Positions 12,704 to 25,810 of a stretch of DNA of 64,000 nucleotides are shown here, piece by piece; the stretch's first letter is position 1, and each line of letters opens with the position of its first letter. Below the pieces are notes generated by a model that saw only the letters and a list, made by a program, of their open reading frames with translations, was not told the DNA's origin and made no database searches. The stretch lies in assembly GCA_009103225.1 (NCBI GenBank), contig RHPI01003369.1, positions 913,490-977,489 of the forward strand. Direction: 5' to 3'. This DNA comes from Chlorokybus atmophyticus (Eukaryota; Plantae; Mesostigma and Chlorokybus algae). A program made the position numbers and the translations under genes.

Positions 12704-14963
12704 ATGGAGTTGGTGCAACAACAGCAACAAGAAACCCCAGCCAGCAGCTCCGTCTTCTTGCCGCAGCCGGCGGTTATCCGCTTGCCTGTGGGCGCAGTGC
12801 TTTGTCTTGGCCGCGGCATTGGCGATCCTGCGCTGGTCGCAGACGCTGACGAGACCGTCTCACGCTGTCAGCTTAAGCTGCAAGTGCAGGTACCGACTTA
12901 CGTAAAGTTGTACCATACTTGAACGGCCACCATCTTACATTAACTGAGGTGACTGGGATGCTGTGGTCTTGCAGCATGTTTTGCGTTTTATGCATTCCAG
13001 ACGTTTGCACTTGCACACAGCAACACAAGCATGCCGCATGTAAGCTCTTGAGTTACCATCAGCATTGGCACAAGATGTACGGACCATGCTGCTTTGTACT
13101 TTACCACGCAAGTATGCAGGTTCAACCAAACCAGGACTTTGCGCCGCACTCTGTGTTGTGCTATTATTGTGTAATTTCCTTTATGGCAGTGCAATCTTCG
13201 GTCGTGTTGTCTGTGCACTGCCCATGTAACTCTACTTCAGAGCTTCTTGCCATGAGCAGGAGGAGAGTGGAGCCATCAAGCTGTGGGCAACCACGTTGGG
13301 CACTAACCCATGCATGGTGATCTTCAAAGATCCCGCTCGCCTACTTGCATACCCAAAGGCCGATGGGTATGTCAAAAGCAACGTGCCAATGCATGCCGCT
13401 TCCACACGAAAAATTGTTGCCATCGCAGTGTGCTAATCATATATGATAGTCGAGTTCTAGTATGCTTCTACGTAGGCTGTAGCTCTAGCTACGTTGTTGC
13501 CTGTTTGCGTGATTGCGGCGTTTGGCATTTGCACACATGGCGGCCTGACAGACATTAGTAGGGCGAGCATGTTGGTGAAGCATGTCCTTGGGCTGGCATC
13601 TGGCAGGATTGCTGGTGTGCTCTTTCTTCCCAAGCGGCAGAGTGCCGAGCTCAGACCGGGTGACCAACTCTCCCTGTCAATTGAGAAGCCTGTAATGTTC
13701 GAGCTGCGGTACGCCCCAACATTTTTCAGACGTTTCTCTGTTTCTCTGCTTCATACGCTTCAATAGACTTCAATCCACAATAGGTCTTTTGGTTCATGTA
13801 AGATTGGGTTTGGGCAGGACGTCGGAAAGATGCGTGCCGGCATCTGCATCTGAATGGGCCCAGCCGGAGTACAATGCACGGGATGCAAGCACCGTCCCCA
13901 CAACAGCAGTTACGCTGAAAACCCATCTCGAGGATGCGAGCTCAGTTGCTGCAGTAGCATCCCTGTTGACACGGTTAGCAGATGTTGCAAATGAAGTGCC
14001 TACAACAAGCAGAGCGGACGATGCTGGTGACGATGTTGATCTTGAAGGCAAGTGTTTGTCATGCAGATTGTCACACTGCTGCGTGTTCAGTGCTTTGCAT
14101 AATGTACATGACTGCATGCGTACCCGTTTGTGGGCTGCAAGCCACGCATCACCAAGACAGCCGCGGCTAAGCAACAGCTGTATGCACTCTTCTTTGCTGA
14201 ACAGCTTATGAGTACATGCAATCAATGAGGTTGACAGCTCTTTATACTCAGTAACTGTTTGTACTGTTGCAAGCACTGCGTTGCTGAAAAAGGCACACAC
14301 TGTTGATGGTTGCAGATCTGGGGCTAGTTGTTGAAGGTCATGAGTTTGATGCCTATGATGACCGACCGCAAGGGCGTTGGACAGCATTCATTGGCAAGCT
14401 CATTCCAGATGACAGCCAATCAGGACGACCGAGCAAGCGCTTCAAGCGACCAGACGGTATCTTTACAGTTGACAAGTATCTCATGTCTCACAATACGCCT
14501 GCATTGTTTTTCTGCTTATGTTGATGGTTGCGTATGCAAGGTGCTGAATACATGTCATCCCTTGCAGAAGATGATGACTATTGGACGGACAGTGAACCGT
14601 CATACGATGACCGCAACCATTCCGTTGAAGATGATGGAGTCGCGTCAGACGAAGATGATGATGATGAAGATCTGTCGTCAGAGCTGGACACGTCGCAGTC
14701 TAGTGAAGCAATTCTGCAGTCTTCTCAACAGCCGGCAACAACCATTGGCGAAAGCCACACATCAGACAAACCAATGTGTATATATGGATCCAACTGCTTC
14801 AGGTGCGTCGCAGTGCCTTAACTGCAGTCACTAAATGTTATCTGCTGTTCAAATGTTTGTTGATGCAACCATTTTTGGTGTCAACGAAAGGCCTTACCAA
14901 TGTTGCTTTCATGACAGGTCCAATGCTCACCATCACCAGTCCTTTCGACATCCAGACGCTTGA
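12704..14963 (+). CDS. APLF-like protein: N-terminal FHA-like domain, acidic region, C-terminal PBZ zinc finger
   Basis: LGRG..VSRCQLKLQV and LPKRQSAELRPGDQLSL (FHA-like), RPSKRFKRP basic motif, D/E-rich tract, and spliced C-terminus CIYGSNCFR|SNAHHHQSFRHPDA* fitting PBZ C-x-Y-G-x2-C-[YF]-R-x-N-x2-H-x3-F-x-H. Internal exons partly unresolved. Confidence 0.72.
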
Positions 14964-16029
14964 GGCGGAAACCTGTATACTGCTCTCTTGTTGTTGGCAA
15001 CGCAGATTTCACCTGCCAGCTGGACAGCGCTGCCGAGCGAATTGCCTGGTAAGCATTGTAGTGATTAGAACAGTATTGTTATGCTGCTTGGTTGTGTTGG
15101 TGTAATTTTGATGTAACGAGTGTCGGTTCTGACTCGTGTGGCAGGCCTTCAATCTTGCATTGCATGGTAGTCGCCAAGTGCGTCTCTCCATGTGGCAAGG
15201 TTTGTCCGCCTATTGTTGCAACACTTCTGTACAGCCATTGCCATTGTGCCTTCAAATAGCAGTCCAAGCAGCAGGTGCACAAGGTTCGTTGTCTAGACGC
15301 AATAAAGGGAGCATCAAGTAGTGCTCTAGATTGTTGGCCGCCAGCTTGTAGTAGCTGTGATATGTAAGTGTTGAACACAAAAAATACGCCCTACACACTG
15401 TACAAACAATGTGAAAAGGAACCGCACATGCATGTGTGGAGGCATCGAAGGGTGCAAACGTGCGCCAATGTTGGCAGGTGTACATAGATCACATGCTGCG
15501 CTAGGCGAGCTCAAAGAGTTTGTGTGTAAATGCAAGCACTCACGCAAGGCAACCAAGGTAGCAGCACAACACAGCGACATTTTGTCAACACACAGGGAGT
15601 TACGACATGCCATGCATTGCGCGCCGAGAAATGTAGTCCTTATTGTGATTGCCAATGGCAAAGACGACAGGGAAGGAGGCGGCGAGGGTGTGGGCAAGGG
15701 AGATAGGGAGGGAGGGGGAGTCCACATCTACGTATTGCTGCTGTTGTGATCGCTGCTGCACAAGACCGCTAACCAAGGCGCATGCGCAGGTGACTACCGT
15801 TGCTGTGTATATAAAGGGTATGGTACTATGGCAACATGCATGGTGTGCGGGCAATGTGAGTGGCATGCATGACAAATAACCTTCACCACTCACATAACAG
15901 TCACCACCGGTCTAGTGCTACCTACGCTATGCTATGCTAGAACTAGCCCGCCCCGTTAGACATACAGCAAGCATGCAGAGAACAGTACCTGCCCACAAGG
16001 GCTGTGCATGCATGTCTAACAGGGGGGCA

Positions 16030-16175
16030 GTAGGGGTTTGTTCTAGTAGTAGTTGACAAATAGCAGGCGCATGCCTCAGCCCGGTGGTCAAGTTGGTGAG
16101 TGGTTGTGATGTTGGTAACATTGCATGTGCACGTAGGTTTGCATGTACTAATTACCTTTCGCATCTTTGTACAGA
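16030..16175 (+). repeat. Short dispersed repeat, copy 1 (copy 2 at ~51820-51965)
   Basis: Shared core agcccggtggtc[a/g]agttggtgagtg..acattgcatgtgcacgtaggtt..catgtac; roughly 80% identical by eye. Confidence 0.8.
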
Positions 16176-16892
16176 GCAGATCAATTAGGCGGGGCCCAAG
16201 ACAGAATTGTTGACGCAATCCAACTGCAAGCAGACCGTAGGACTCTAAGTATGCTACGCTCTCAGGCAGCAACAGCAGCAGAAGGTAGAGTAGGTCAAGC
16301 ACCTGCAGAGGGCACGGACATGTACTTGTCGTACAAAAGGGGTGTGCTGCTGTGCCAGCATGCATGGTGTGAAACATGCAACCAACGTGCATAGCGCCAA
16401 ACACACAGCACTCACCGATACTCATATTACAACACCGCCACCGGGCTACAACTATCTACTATGCGATGCATCCGTTTGTGTCGCGCAGGCAAGGGCGTGC
16501 AGACTGCCACTGGTGGTATATTGCTACACGATCGTTGTAGCACCACTCGCTTATATATTCCACTGCTTTCATATACATATATGACTTTATTCCGGTGCTG
16601 CGCTAGCAGACTCACCGAGCGTACTAAGTTCACAAGAAGGATACATACATCATGATGATGAAATGCCTGCAGAGAGCACACTTCTCTCTCATGCGTCAAG
16701 CGCATGTGCGCCAAAGCACAGCAAACATGAACAACTATAGTACATGTGACAACTAAGCAAAGGCACGGGAACTGTATCTCCAGCCCTATGTAGGTGAACC
16801 GCACTATATACAATCACTACAGAGTTTGCCAGTCTACCTACTTTACACAAAACAAAACCCAGCAGAGCACTCCACTTTGCTCCGGTCCTCGA

Positions 16893-19290
16893 CTAGACTT
16901 CAATAAGCCCCTTGTCGACAAGGTTCTTGATCGACTGCGCAATCACCGCCGCGTTGGTCTTCTGATACCCTCCGGACGTGACCATCACGACCGGTACCGG
17001 CGCGTCGTGTCCCCTCCTCGCGAACCTAAACACGGCCTCGTCGCGTGCGATCACACCGGCAGGAGACACGCCGAGTCTGCCCAAAGGATCCCCAGCGAGG
17101 CAGTCGGTGCCGGCGTTGTAGACGATGAGGTCAGGAGAGGGGAACTCGCGCGAGGCGGTGGTTAAGGAGGAGTCAAGTTTGGATAGGTACTCGTCGTCGG
17201 ATGTGCCGGGATCGAGCTCTACTGCGAGGGAGATTGACTGCCTGGCCTCGAAATCTTGAGGGTATATCTGCACAAAGACGACGAGTTGGTTTGGAAAATG
17301 ACGTGCGTGTGTGAGTCTCATGTATACATATGGTGTGCACGTTGTGTATGTGTATGAGTTTGGGTATGTGCTTGTAGGGTGTGTGCGCATGCACATTATA
17401 CACATGCGTGTGCGGGTTTGGGTGCATGTGCGGGTGCGGATTCGTGTGCAAGTGTGCATGTGTAACGACTGTACAACACCAGTTGTTCACCTTGTGGTTA
17501 AACATGTCAAGAATGTACACGCGCTTGTCGCCGGCGAAGTCCCTCTCGTGCCCGTTGCCCTGGTGGGCGTCGAGGTCTATGATCAACGCACGCTTCATGC
17601 CCAGCCGCCGAAAAGCGAACTGAATGCAGAGAGTGATGTCCGCGTACGCACAGAAGCCCCCACCCTGAAAGAGCACCACATCGAGAGTGTGTTGGCGTGG
17701 GTATTCGTGTACATGGTACTGTTAGTGTGGGGGGGTTTGTAAAAATAAAACTGATGATGTGATGACACCAAAGCAAACTGCTGTTATGAAGCGTGTTGGC
17801 TTCTCCATGATATGTTAGGTGACACCACATATGTGCATATACACACGCCGACGCCTGTGCACAGGTGCTGCCACACAACCATAACACGCACAGGCACACG
17901 CCCACATGCGCACAGGCAAGCCACGCCACTGCACATGCCAGTCTGCACCTGGTCAGCGCAGCAGTGGTGGAATCCTCCTCCGAGGTTGATCGCCCACCCG
18001 CGCTCGGCCGCCAGCTTGCCCGCCAGGACGGTGCCTCCGGTCTGCACGTGCAACACCCGCGCAGGCATGCAACACATCAACCTTGAGAAGATCTGCCGGA
18101 GTACCATGTGCAATAGGCTCGCTGGTGAAAGCTTCACAAAGACTCTCATGCCTGAAACCTGAAGGGCTTGAGGAGCTTGTGCTGCACGACGATGTTGGGC
18201 AGAAACGCCACTGGCACAACCTGCCATAGGGTTCTGAGATTGAGCAAACAGACCAGGGCAACACATGCATGCAACTTTTGCACGGAAACACTTGTAACAG
18301 ACACAACACGCGCCCACGCATGTCGTGTCTGTTATAAACGCGTGAACGCCTGAGCACCCAAGAACCCACGTACACTAACACGCACGCACATGCATGCACA
18401 TGCAAACGAGAGCGCATGCCAATGCACGCGCGCACATACTTACGCACACAAGCATACACACGACAGGCAAAACGCACACGAGGGCACGGTGGTATATTTG
18501 CTTGCCTCTGTGATTTGCGCGACAGTCAAGCTGCTGTTCAAACTTTGCAAATACCGCTTTGTGTGCACCTGCAAAGGAGAGGTGATGCACACATCCCACA
18601 CATGTTGTGTGTGGTTTTCTCTCACAATGTTACGTACTATTGTTGTGCCATTGATAAAAACAACTCACCACCAGCAAGTCTTCTGCGGTAGCCTCATTCG
18701 GCTCAACAAACTTGGAGCTCTCAATCGCAGCGTCCTTCTCCAACAAACGCTTGATCTTGCCCCACTTGCGCGAATCAAACGGATGCCTTGCCACAACACG
18801 AAGCAATAAGTTGATGCAATAACAAACAACGATCTACTATGCTTCTGACTTACACTCCATTCACGCACGTTTTGCACGAGTTCTGCACAGAACTTACAGC
18901 TTTTCTAGGCCGAGGAAGGTAATGTCGTAGTGTGGGGAGTATATCAGAGGAGTCTGCATACCAACCAAATAGACACTGTGTGCAAGCGCACGAGTCATAG
19001 TAGTGTGACTGTAAGCAAACACCATCATCAACATGCCTGTGTGTTGGGGACATCAAAGTACAACTTGCTCGCCGCCGTGGATACGTCCTCAAAAGCGCGG
19101 CCCGAAGCACTCGCCTCGCCTTGTGCCGCTTCTGTTGGTTGAATGCACACAAAGTTGACCACTAGAAACTTTGGTTGGTTGTCGTTGTTGTTGTTTGTGA
19201 TGATGAAAGGTCGAGGTGAAAGGCATGGAGTGCATGTGTGTGCATGTTCAGCAGCAGAGCTTTTGTGCTAGTGGCATGCATACCTGACAT
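16893..19290 (-). CDS. HDA2: Class IV histone deacetylase (HDAC11 / plant HDA2), 9 coding exons
   Basis: SKLYFDVP..IYSPHYDITFLGLEKLHPFDSRKWGKI..GGTVLAGKLA..AINLGGGFHHC..GGGFCAYADI..IDLDAHQGNGHERDF..YNAGTD..GDPLGRL..TSGGY. First coding exon inferred as the 7-nt ATGTCAG (19290-19284); a more upstream start near 20100 cannot be excluded. Confidence 0.93.
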
Positions 19291-19387
19291 GGCTGCAGCT
19301 ACTGGCGAGGCTGCTCTCAAACGCCTTGCTGCGGGAAAATGGAAACATTGAGATTGTGTTTGTATTGCTTGCACGCACGCACGCACA

Positions 19388-19880
<493 letters not shown>

Positions 19881-21382
19881 CATTGAGATTGGGTTTGTAT
19901 TGCTTGCACGCACGCACACACAGAGAGACAGAGAGAGTCTCTCTCTCTCTTCTCCTCTCACCCACCCACCCTTTCCGCCTTCTCCCGCCTTGATCCCTTC
20001 CCGCCTCCACCTCCACCACCCCGCTCTGCTGTCGCCGCAGTTGCGGTCCGCCGCCGCCGCCACCGCCGCCGCTGACGCCGCCGCTACTGCCCCGGCCATC
20101 ACCACGCAGGAGGATGACCGCACTTGCCTGACTGTGTGTTTCTGTTGGGAAGACACTTGTTGAGTACCTGGTAGCGACCGGAGAGCATGAACGCTCCGTT
20201 TGTCAAGTGATACTCTGCTTGTTCGTTCTTTGAATTGAAGGTGTGTAGAGTAGTTGGCATGCGTGGCACACAGCTTATGCGTCAAGTAAAGCCAAAAGCG
20301 CATCCTTTTGAGACGCGTGTGCATGTATTTAATGAAGTGCTTCACTCATGCACTTCACGCTATGTCACACATGCAAGAGCACACATGGCAATCCACTGCA
20401 GTCCCACACGCACAGCCACTCACCCACCCAGAGCTTTATTCACCAGAGGGCTTAGCTAGGGGCCTAATGCTTCTAGCTAGGTGCAAGGGGACGACGACAG
20501 CAAAAACGACGTACAGCCAGCAAGACCGGTTGGCTGTACCTGCAGGCACGTTGGCATAGACAGAACAACTATACGAGAGCATACAATCTTGGAGGGTTTT
20601 TTGGTAAAGGGTGCTTTGTTGTGCAGTGTTGCAAACGTAAAGCGTGTGTAAGGCTCCCTCATGGTGCACTCCGCCTGTTGTGCCTCTTACTGTGTGTTGT
20701 CAATGTTGCATTTTTTGTTGCAAGGCGCTACCTTCTGGCCTATGTACAAAAGAACCGGGAGGGGATTGACTGCGTGCAACGCATGCCCACACACAGAGCA
20801 CCTAGCACCGCCAGCAGCTGCATGCCACCAGCCTGCGCCACACATTGTGATACATGCCACAATCTCGGCATCCTATATATTGTACACCAACCTGCATAAT
20901 CATCACACACACGCACCTTCAACATGACCACCAGGCTCAACTATGCTAACTACCACTACCCCACCATGTTAGTCATGCATGCATGCAACTGGCAGACTCG
21001 GTCACCTGCACAGCGGCCGTTGTTAGCGGCTGGCCTCTGCGACATTTGCGACAGCAGCAGCTGACGAACAGGACTCCCCCGCCCTCCTCACCAGCGCTAT
21101 CCCCTCCTCGCCCGCCACACCATGTACTGCTGCTGGACACACGGTACATGGTACATGTACCATGTACCGTGTCTACAATGTACATCACAACGCCGACGCA
21201 GCATGAATCAAGAGAAAGTGGTGCTCGCGCGCAGTGCGAAGAGCAAACAAGTTGATGCATGTGACACACACGTCGCGCAATCACGAGAGACGCATGAGGC
21301 ATACATGCTACTCTTTAGTAATAGATAGATATAAGGGCCGGGCGACTACTATGCTAGCTTTAACATGACCATATGTATATAA

Positions 21383-24300
21383 TCAGGAAGTGGTTCCGTT
21401 CGATTTTGCTGCTTTTAGGAAGTTCTGAAGGGCGTATAATCGAGAATCGATGTCCGCGATCTCCGCGGCTGCATCATCATACGCAGCCTTGCCCCCCGAT
21501 TTCTCTGCAAGACAAAAAGCATACACGCATGTTCGAAAGAGGCATTTACACCATCATCGAACAATAGAAGACATGTACATGGTGATAATGCATGCACGCA
21601 AGCGCACTTGAGGAAAACGCCAACGCAAACAATGCCGTGCGTACCGCTTGTGATTGAGACGTTGAGGCTTCGTGATCTCGACAGCTGTTCTTGCGTCACC
21701 TGTTCCATTGGTGGTTCCTTCAATGATGTTGTTGGAATTTCCTCTTCTTCCGGAGGCTGTTTGGTGGAAGCGGGTATGTTGACATACTGCGCGAGCTTGG
21801 CCTTCACCTCCTGCAGAGCCCTGCCGGGCGAGTTGCTGCGTTGCATCGTCGGCCGCCCGACGGGGGGCAAATCCTCTTCGTCATAGTACGCCGGTGCAGC
21901 ACCATTGCTGCATCACACCACAATAACACGCTGTCAGCAACAACAACAACAACAACAGCAACAACAATGCCAACAACGACAACAGCAACGTCAACCATGT
22001 CAGCAACAACAACAGAGTACACCCAACTGTGCAACGACAGCATGTGCAGAAGGCAGTGCCGGTGTGCACCTGTTTCGCGTGCGTAACCTATCAGTTTCCG
22101 CTCCTCGAGTCGGTCTCCAGTGTGAATCGTCGCGCGGTAGGGGTTGTCTGCCTGAGAAGCCGCCAACTGGCGATTTGGAACGCCTGCGCAAGCCTGCGTC
22201 GGTGCGATCCAACGATGGCGAGCGCAGAGGACGCACGCGATCTACACAACCCAACTATCAATTGTTGCAAGTGTGTTGACCAATCCAGTGGTGATACGCG
22301 AGTTAACATGTCAGCGTGTAACTAGTATACCTGCAGGATGGCTTCCAAACGTTTGCCGGCCGTCTGCGCTGTTGGGTCGCGACCGTTGAAACTTCTTCTC
22401 CCTCTCTCGTATGTACGCAGTCGGATCAAATCTACCAAAGCTGCGAGGCGCACATTCACATAAGTCCCCAACACGCACCACACGCATGCTATAGCACTCA
22501 AAGGCCACCAATCCCACCTTCTGGAGCTGGGCGCCGAGTTGGGTCGCGACGGCGGCGGCGTCTGTCTCCCTCGGGAGCCAACGGGCGAGGTGCCGCGCGA
22601 CGAGTTGAGCGACGACGCCCCTGGTGACGGACCCCACGACGCGCCGGCCCGGCCGTACGACGCGTTGGGGCTGTAGGCTCTGCCTCCGGGACGGGGTGGG
22701 TTTGAGGGTTCGGGTCTCCCGCGTTGAGGCGGGCGCGAATGGCGGCGCTGCAGGGCCTCTAGCTCGGACGTAAGCTCCAGGGCTTTCTGACGGAGACGCT
22801 TCTCCACGTCCTTCGCGCGAGCTGCCTGCGGGAAGGTGTCAACATGCCACTTTACCAACACAAAACAACAACGACATGCGCATGCACGAAAAATTCGCAT
22901 GTGCATGCGCACATACACATGTAATTGTAAGCACATATGTGTACTTATGTATTATATGCTAGTGCATGTATTACACATACATGTACTTCCATATGTGCGT
23001 ACATGCATCACGCAGCAAAAAGAAAAAGAGGGCGGCCAGTCAATCACAGGTGATGACCTCACCTCCTGCGCAAATTCTTCGCACTCTCTGCTCTTCTTCA
23101 TGAGAGCACGTTTATGCACGGCACGTTCATTCAACAGATCCTCCTGCAGTCATGATGGTGGTAAAGCTCAGCGAGAACAAGCAAGCCCAGCAACTATGAC
23201 TAACGCATGTGCAATGTTTCCTAATAACAAGAGCCCAAAGAGTGTTTCCACCAACCTCTGCGGCTGCTAGGCGCTGTCTGAGCAATGCTTTCTCACGTTC
23301 TGCCTCGCGACTGCGCCCGGCGCGAGTCTGGACAAGCTCAGCTTCCTGGGAGCATGCAACAATATTACTTGTATGTTACCCAAAATAGCGTGTAGGGCTG
23401 AACGCCAGCTGGACCTTTGGCAAACAGAGCGGTGTGCATGGAGCGTGTACCAACATCGTGAATGTACCACATGCTGCCAGACCACCACACTGACAGGTGC
23501 ATCGACGTGTATTTCATCAAACACTGATACCCGTTCGCTCAGTTGCGCGGCGAGGCTATCTCGCTCTTTCCGCAGTTGCCGAAACGCACGCTCCTTTTCT
23601 TGTGTCCATTCCACACTGAAGGAAAGGACGTAGAGGGACTTCACGCAATGTCGCATCAACCAGTGTTGCGTGATGACTATGCAGGCACACTACACCACAT
23701 CACTGCAAAGTAACTAAGTAGCAATATAGCGTACTTGTCTCCGGCCACGGTTTGCGCAGCTGCCTCTTCTTCCATCCTCAACACCTGAACTCAACAGCCA
23801 CAAATCATGGGTCATATATTGCAGCTGACTGAAGCAAACATGACTGCAACATCATGCACAATGAGCGTCTCACAGCAAGAACTGCCAGCCTTGACACGCA
23901 ATACCTGCGCCCGTAACCTCTCGTTCTCCTCACGCAGTTTCCTCGACTCCAGACCGTCTGATGGCCGACCACCAGCTGGTGCAGTGTTGCTGTTTCTCCT
24001 GGCTTCTTCCAGCTCGTCTCGAAGCCTCCTTATTGTTGCCTGTCGGCAGCGCTTGTTGTTTGTTGGTGCTCAGAAGCTCATTGGCCTTCTGTGCAGTGGT
24101 TGAAGCTTACACTAATGGAAGAAGGTGCGCAATACCTTTAATGCTTCTGGATCAGGGTTCTCCTCAAACAACAAAGGCAGCGGGTAATGTACCCTGCAAC
24201 CAACATATGAGAAGCTTGCATGCAAGCAAGCACAATGCATCTGGGTGACGTTGCCGATATTGTCTACAACAGGGCAACTAGCAAAGTATTGCAAGTGTCC

Positions 24301-25318
24301 CTCGACATAGAGCATGCGCAGGCGGTATGTGTGTGTGTGCGCACGCGTGTTGATGCATGCGTGCATGTGCGCGCTTGCATGGGCTTGTCTGTGTAAGGAA
24401 CAGCCTTGGTGATAAAGCTGGCCTGGCCGAACTCACCTGTCAAACTCTGCAGCATAGGTGAGAATGAGGTATCGTTTATTGTTGGGCGGTGCTGTTCTGC
24501 GCGGTGCAAAGGAGCCTTTTGATTTCCTGTTGCAAGTTAAGTCTGTCATCACAAAACAGACTGACTGTACCAACCGCCAGTGAAACAACATGCCCGTGTG
24601 AAGCATCCCCCAACCTGTGCTTGAGCAGCTCCAAGTCGTGGTAAGTCAACAAGTCGAGGCAAACAGCATCGGACTGCTCTGTCATCGCAGACAGCAGCAT
24701 GCGAACGAACACACTGAACTTCTTGAAGTTCCCAGTCTTTCCAGTGATGTCCTCGATGTCTGTCACACAAACATACCAGCATTAGAAGTATGTTGGTGTA
24801 CTGTCAATGTGTATTGTTCACGCTCAATGCGTGGTTGTTGCATGTTGTGCCACATAAACGCAAACATGTTGCACAACGCATAGCATTGCAAGGCTGCTAC
24901 CCAACTCCAAAACCACACAATGCCCTTGTTAAGGCAAAAAGCGCGTTGAGTCTACACATTCGTGTTTTTACTGTATGTGCACAGCCCACAACACTTGTGT
25001 CAGCCGGCACCACAAGCAATGCTGCACAAAATAATTGTTTACTTCACATAAAATTTCAGTTCATACTGCATGTCTAGCTCACACTATTCTCTGAACACAA
25101 ACTTATGTGCAAGCAGTCACATGCTACACTGCACAATAAAGTTAGTAGCAACACACAGTGCCTTCACACATACATCTTGCTGTGAAGTCGCCTCGCCATC
25201 GCGACCCGTCGCTCTTCTGCTCCGCCTCCACGCAGAGTGTGTCGCCCCTCACGCACGCCACAGTCAGCAAGTACTCCACGCCGCCGAATACGGCGGACAC
25301 GCTCTCCTCCACCTCCAT
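21383..25318 (-). CDS. CCDC61: CCDC61 / VFL3 basal-body protein (SAS-6-like head + coiled coil)
   Basis: MEVEESVSAVFGGVEYLLTV..RWRGDFTARY|IEDITGKTGNFKKFSVFVRML..LDLLTYHDLELLK..NKRYLILTYAAEFDR|VHYPLPL, coiled coil, S/P/R-rich region, and C-terminal AEIADIDSRLYALQNFLK; matches the CCDC61 signature. Confidence 0.92.
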
Positions 25319-25810
25319 GGCAACGGCCTGGCCTGGGCCGGCCTGGCCTAGCCTGGCCCGGCGCAGCCACCACCACTACCACCGCACCCAGTCAACTAAG
25401 CCAGAGCATGCCTTTCAGCGGAGAGCTCCATCCTCGATACTCCTAAGCTTAAATTGGTCTGGCCTGGTTTCGCCCGGCCTGGCAAGGCCCGGCCTGGCAT
25501 GGCCCAGCCGGCCCGCCCTTCTAGCTACACTTCCCGCCCCAGAGCCTGGCCTCGCTGCGTGCTGCCAAATAGAACTTCACAATGCTAATATGGCCTGGTA
25601 CGGCAAACTACCCTAGCCAGGTGGCAGCAGCAGCAGCAGCAGCAGCAGTGTAGCAACCCTAAAGCAAAGCCTGGTTCCGGCCTGGTCTGGCCTGGCCTGG
25701 CCTGGTTACGGTTTGAACCTGCGAGCAGGCCGTTAGGCCGAAGTTACGATCGTAACTGCAAGTGCGTTACGCTCCAGATTACATTGCAGCTACAGTGCAA
25801 AGCATTGGCA

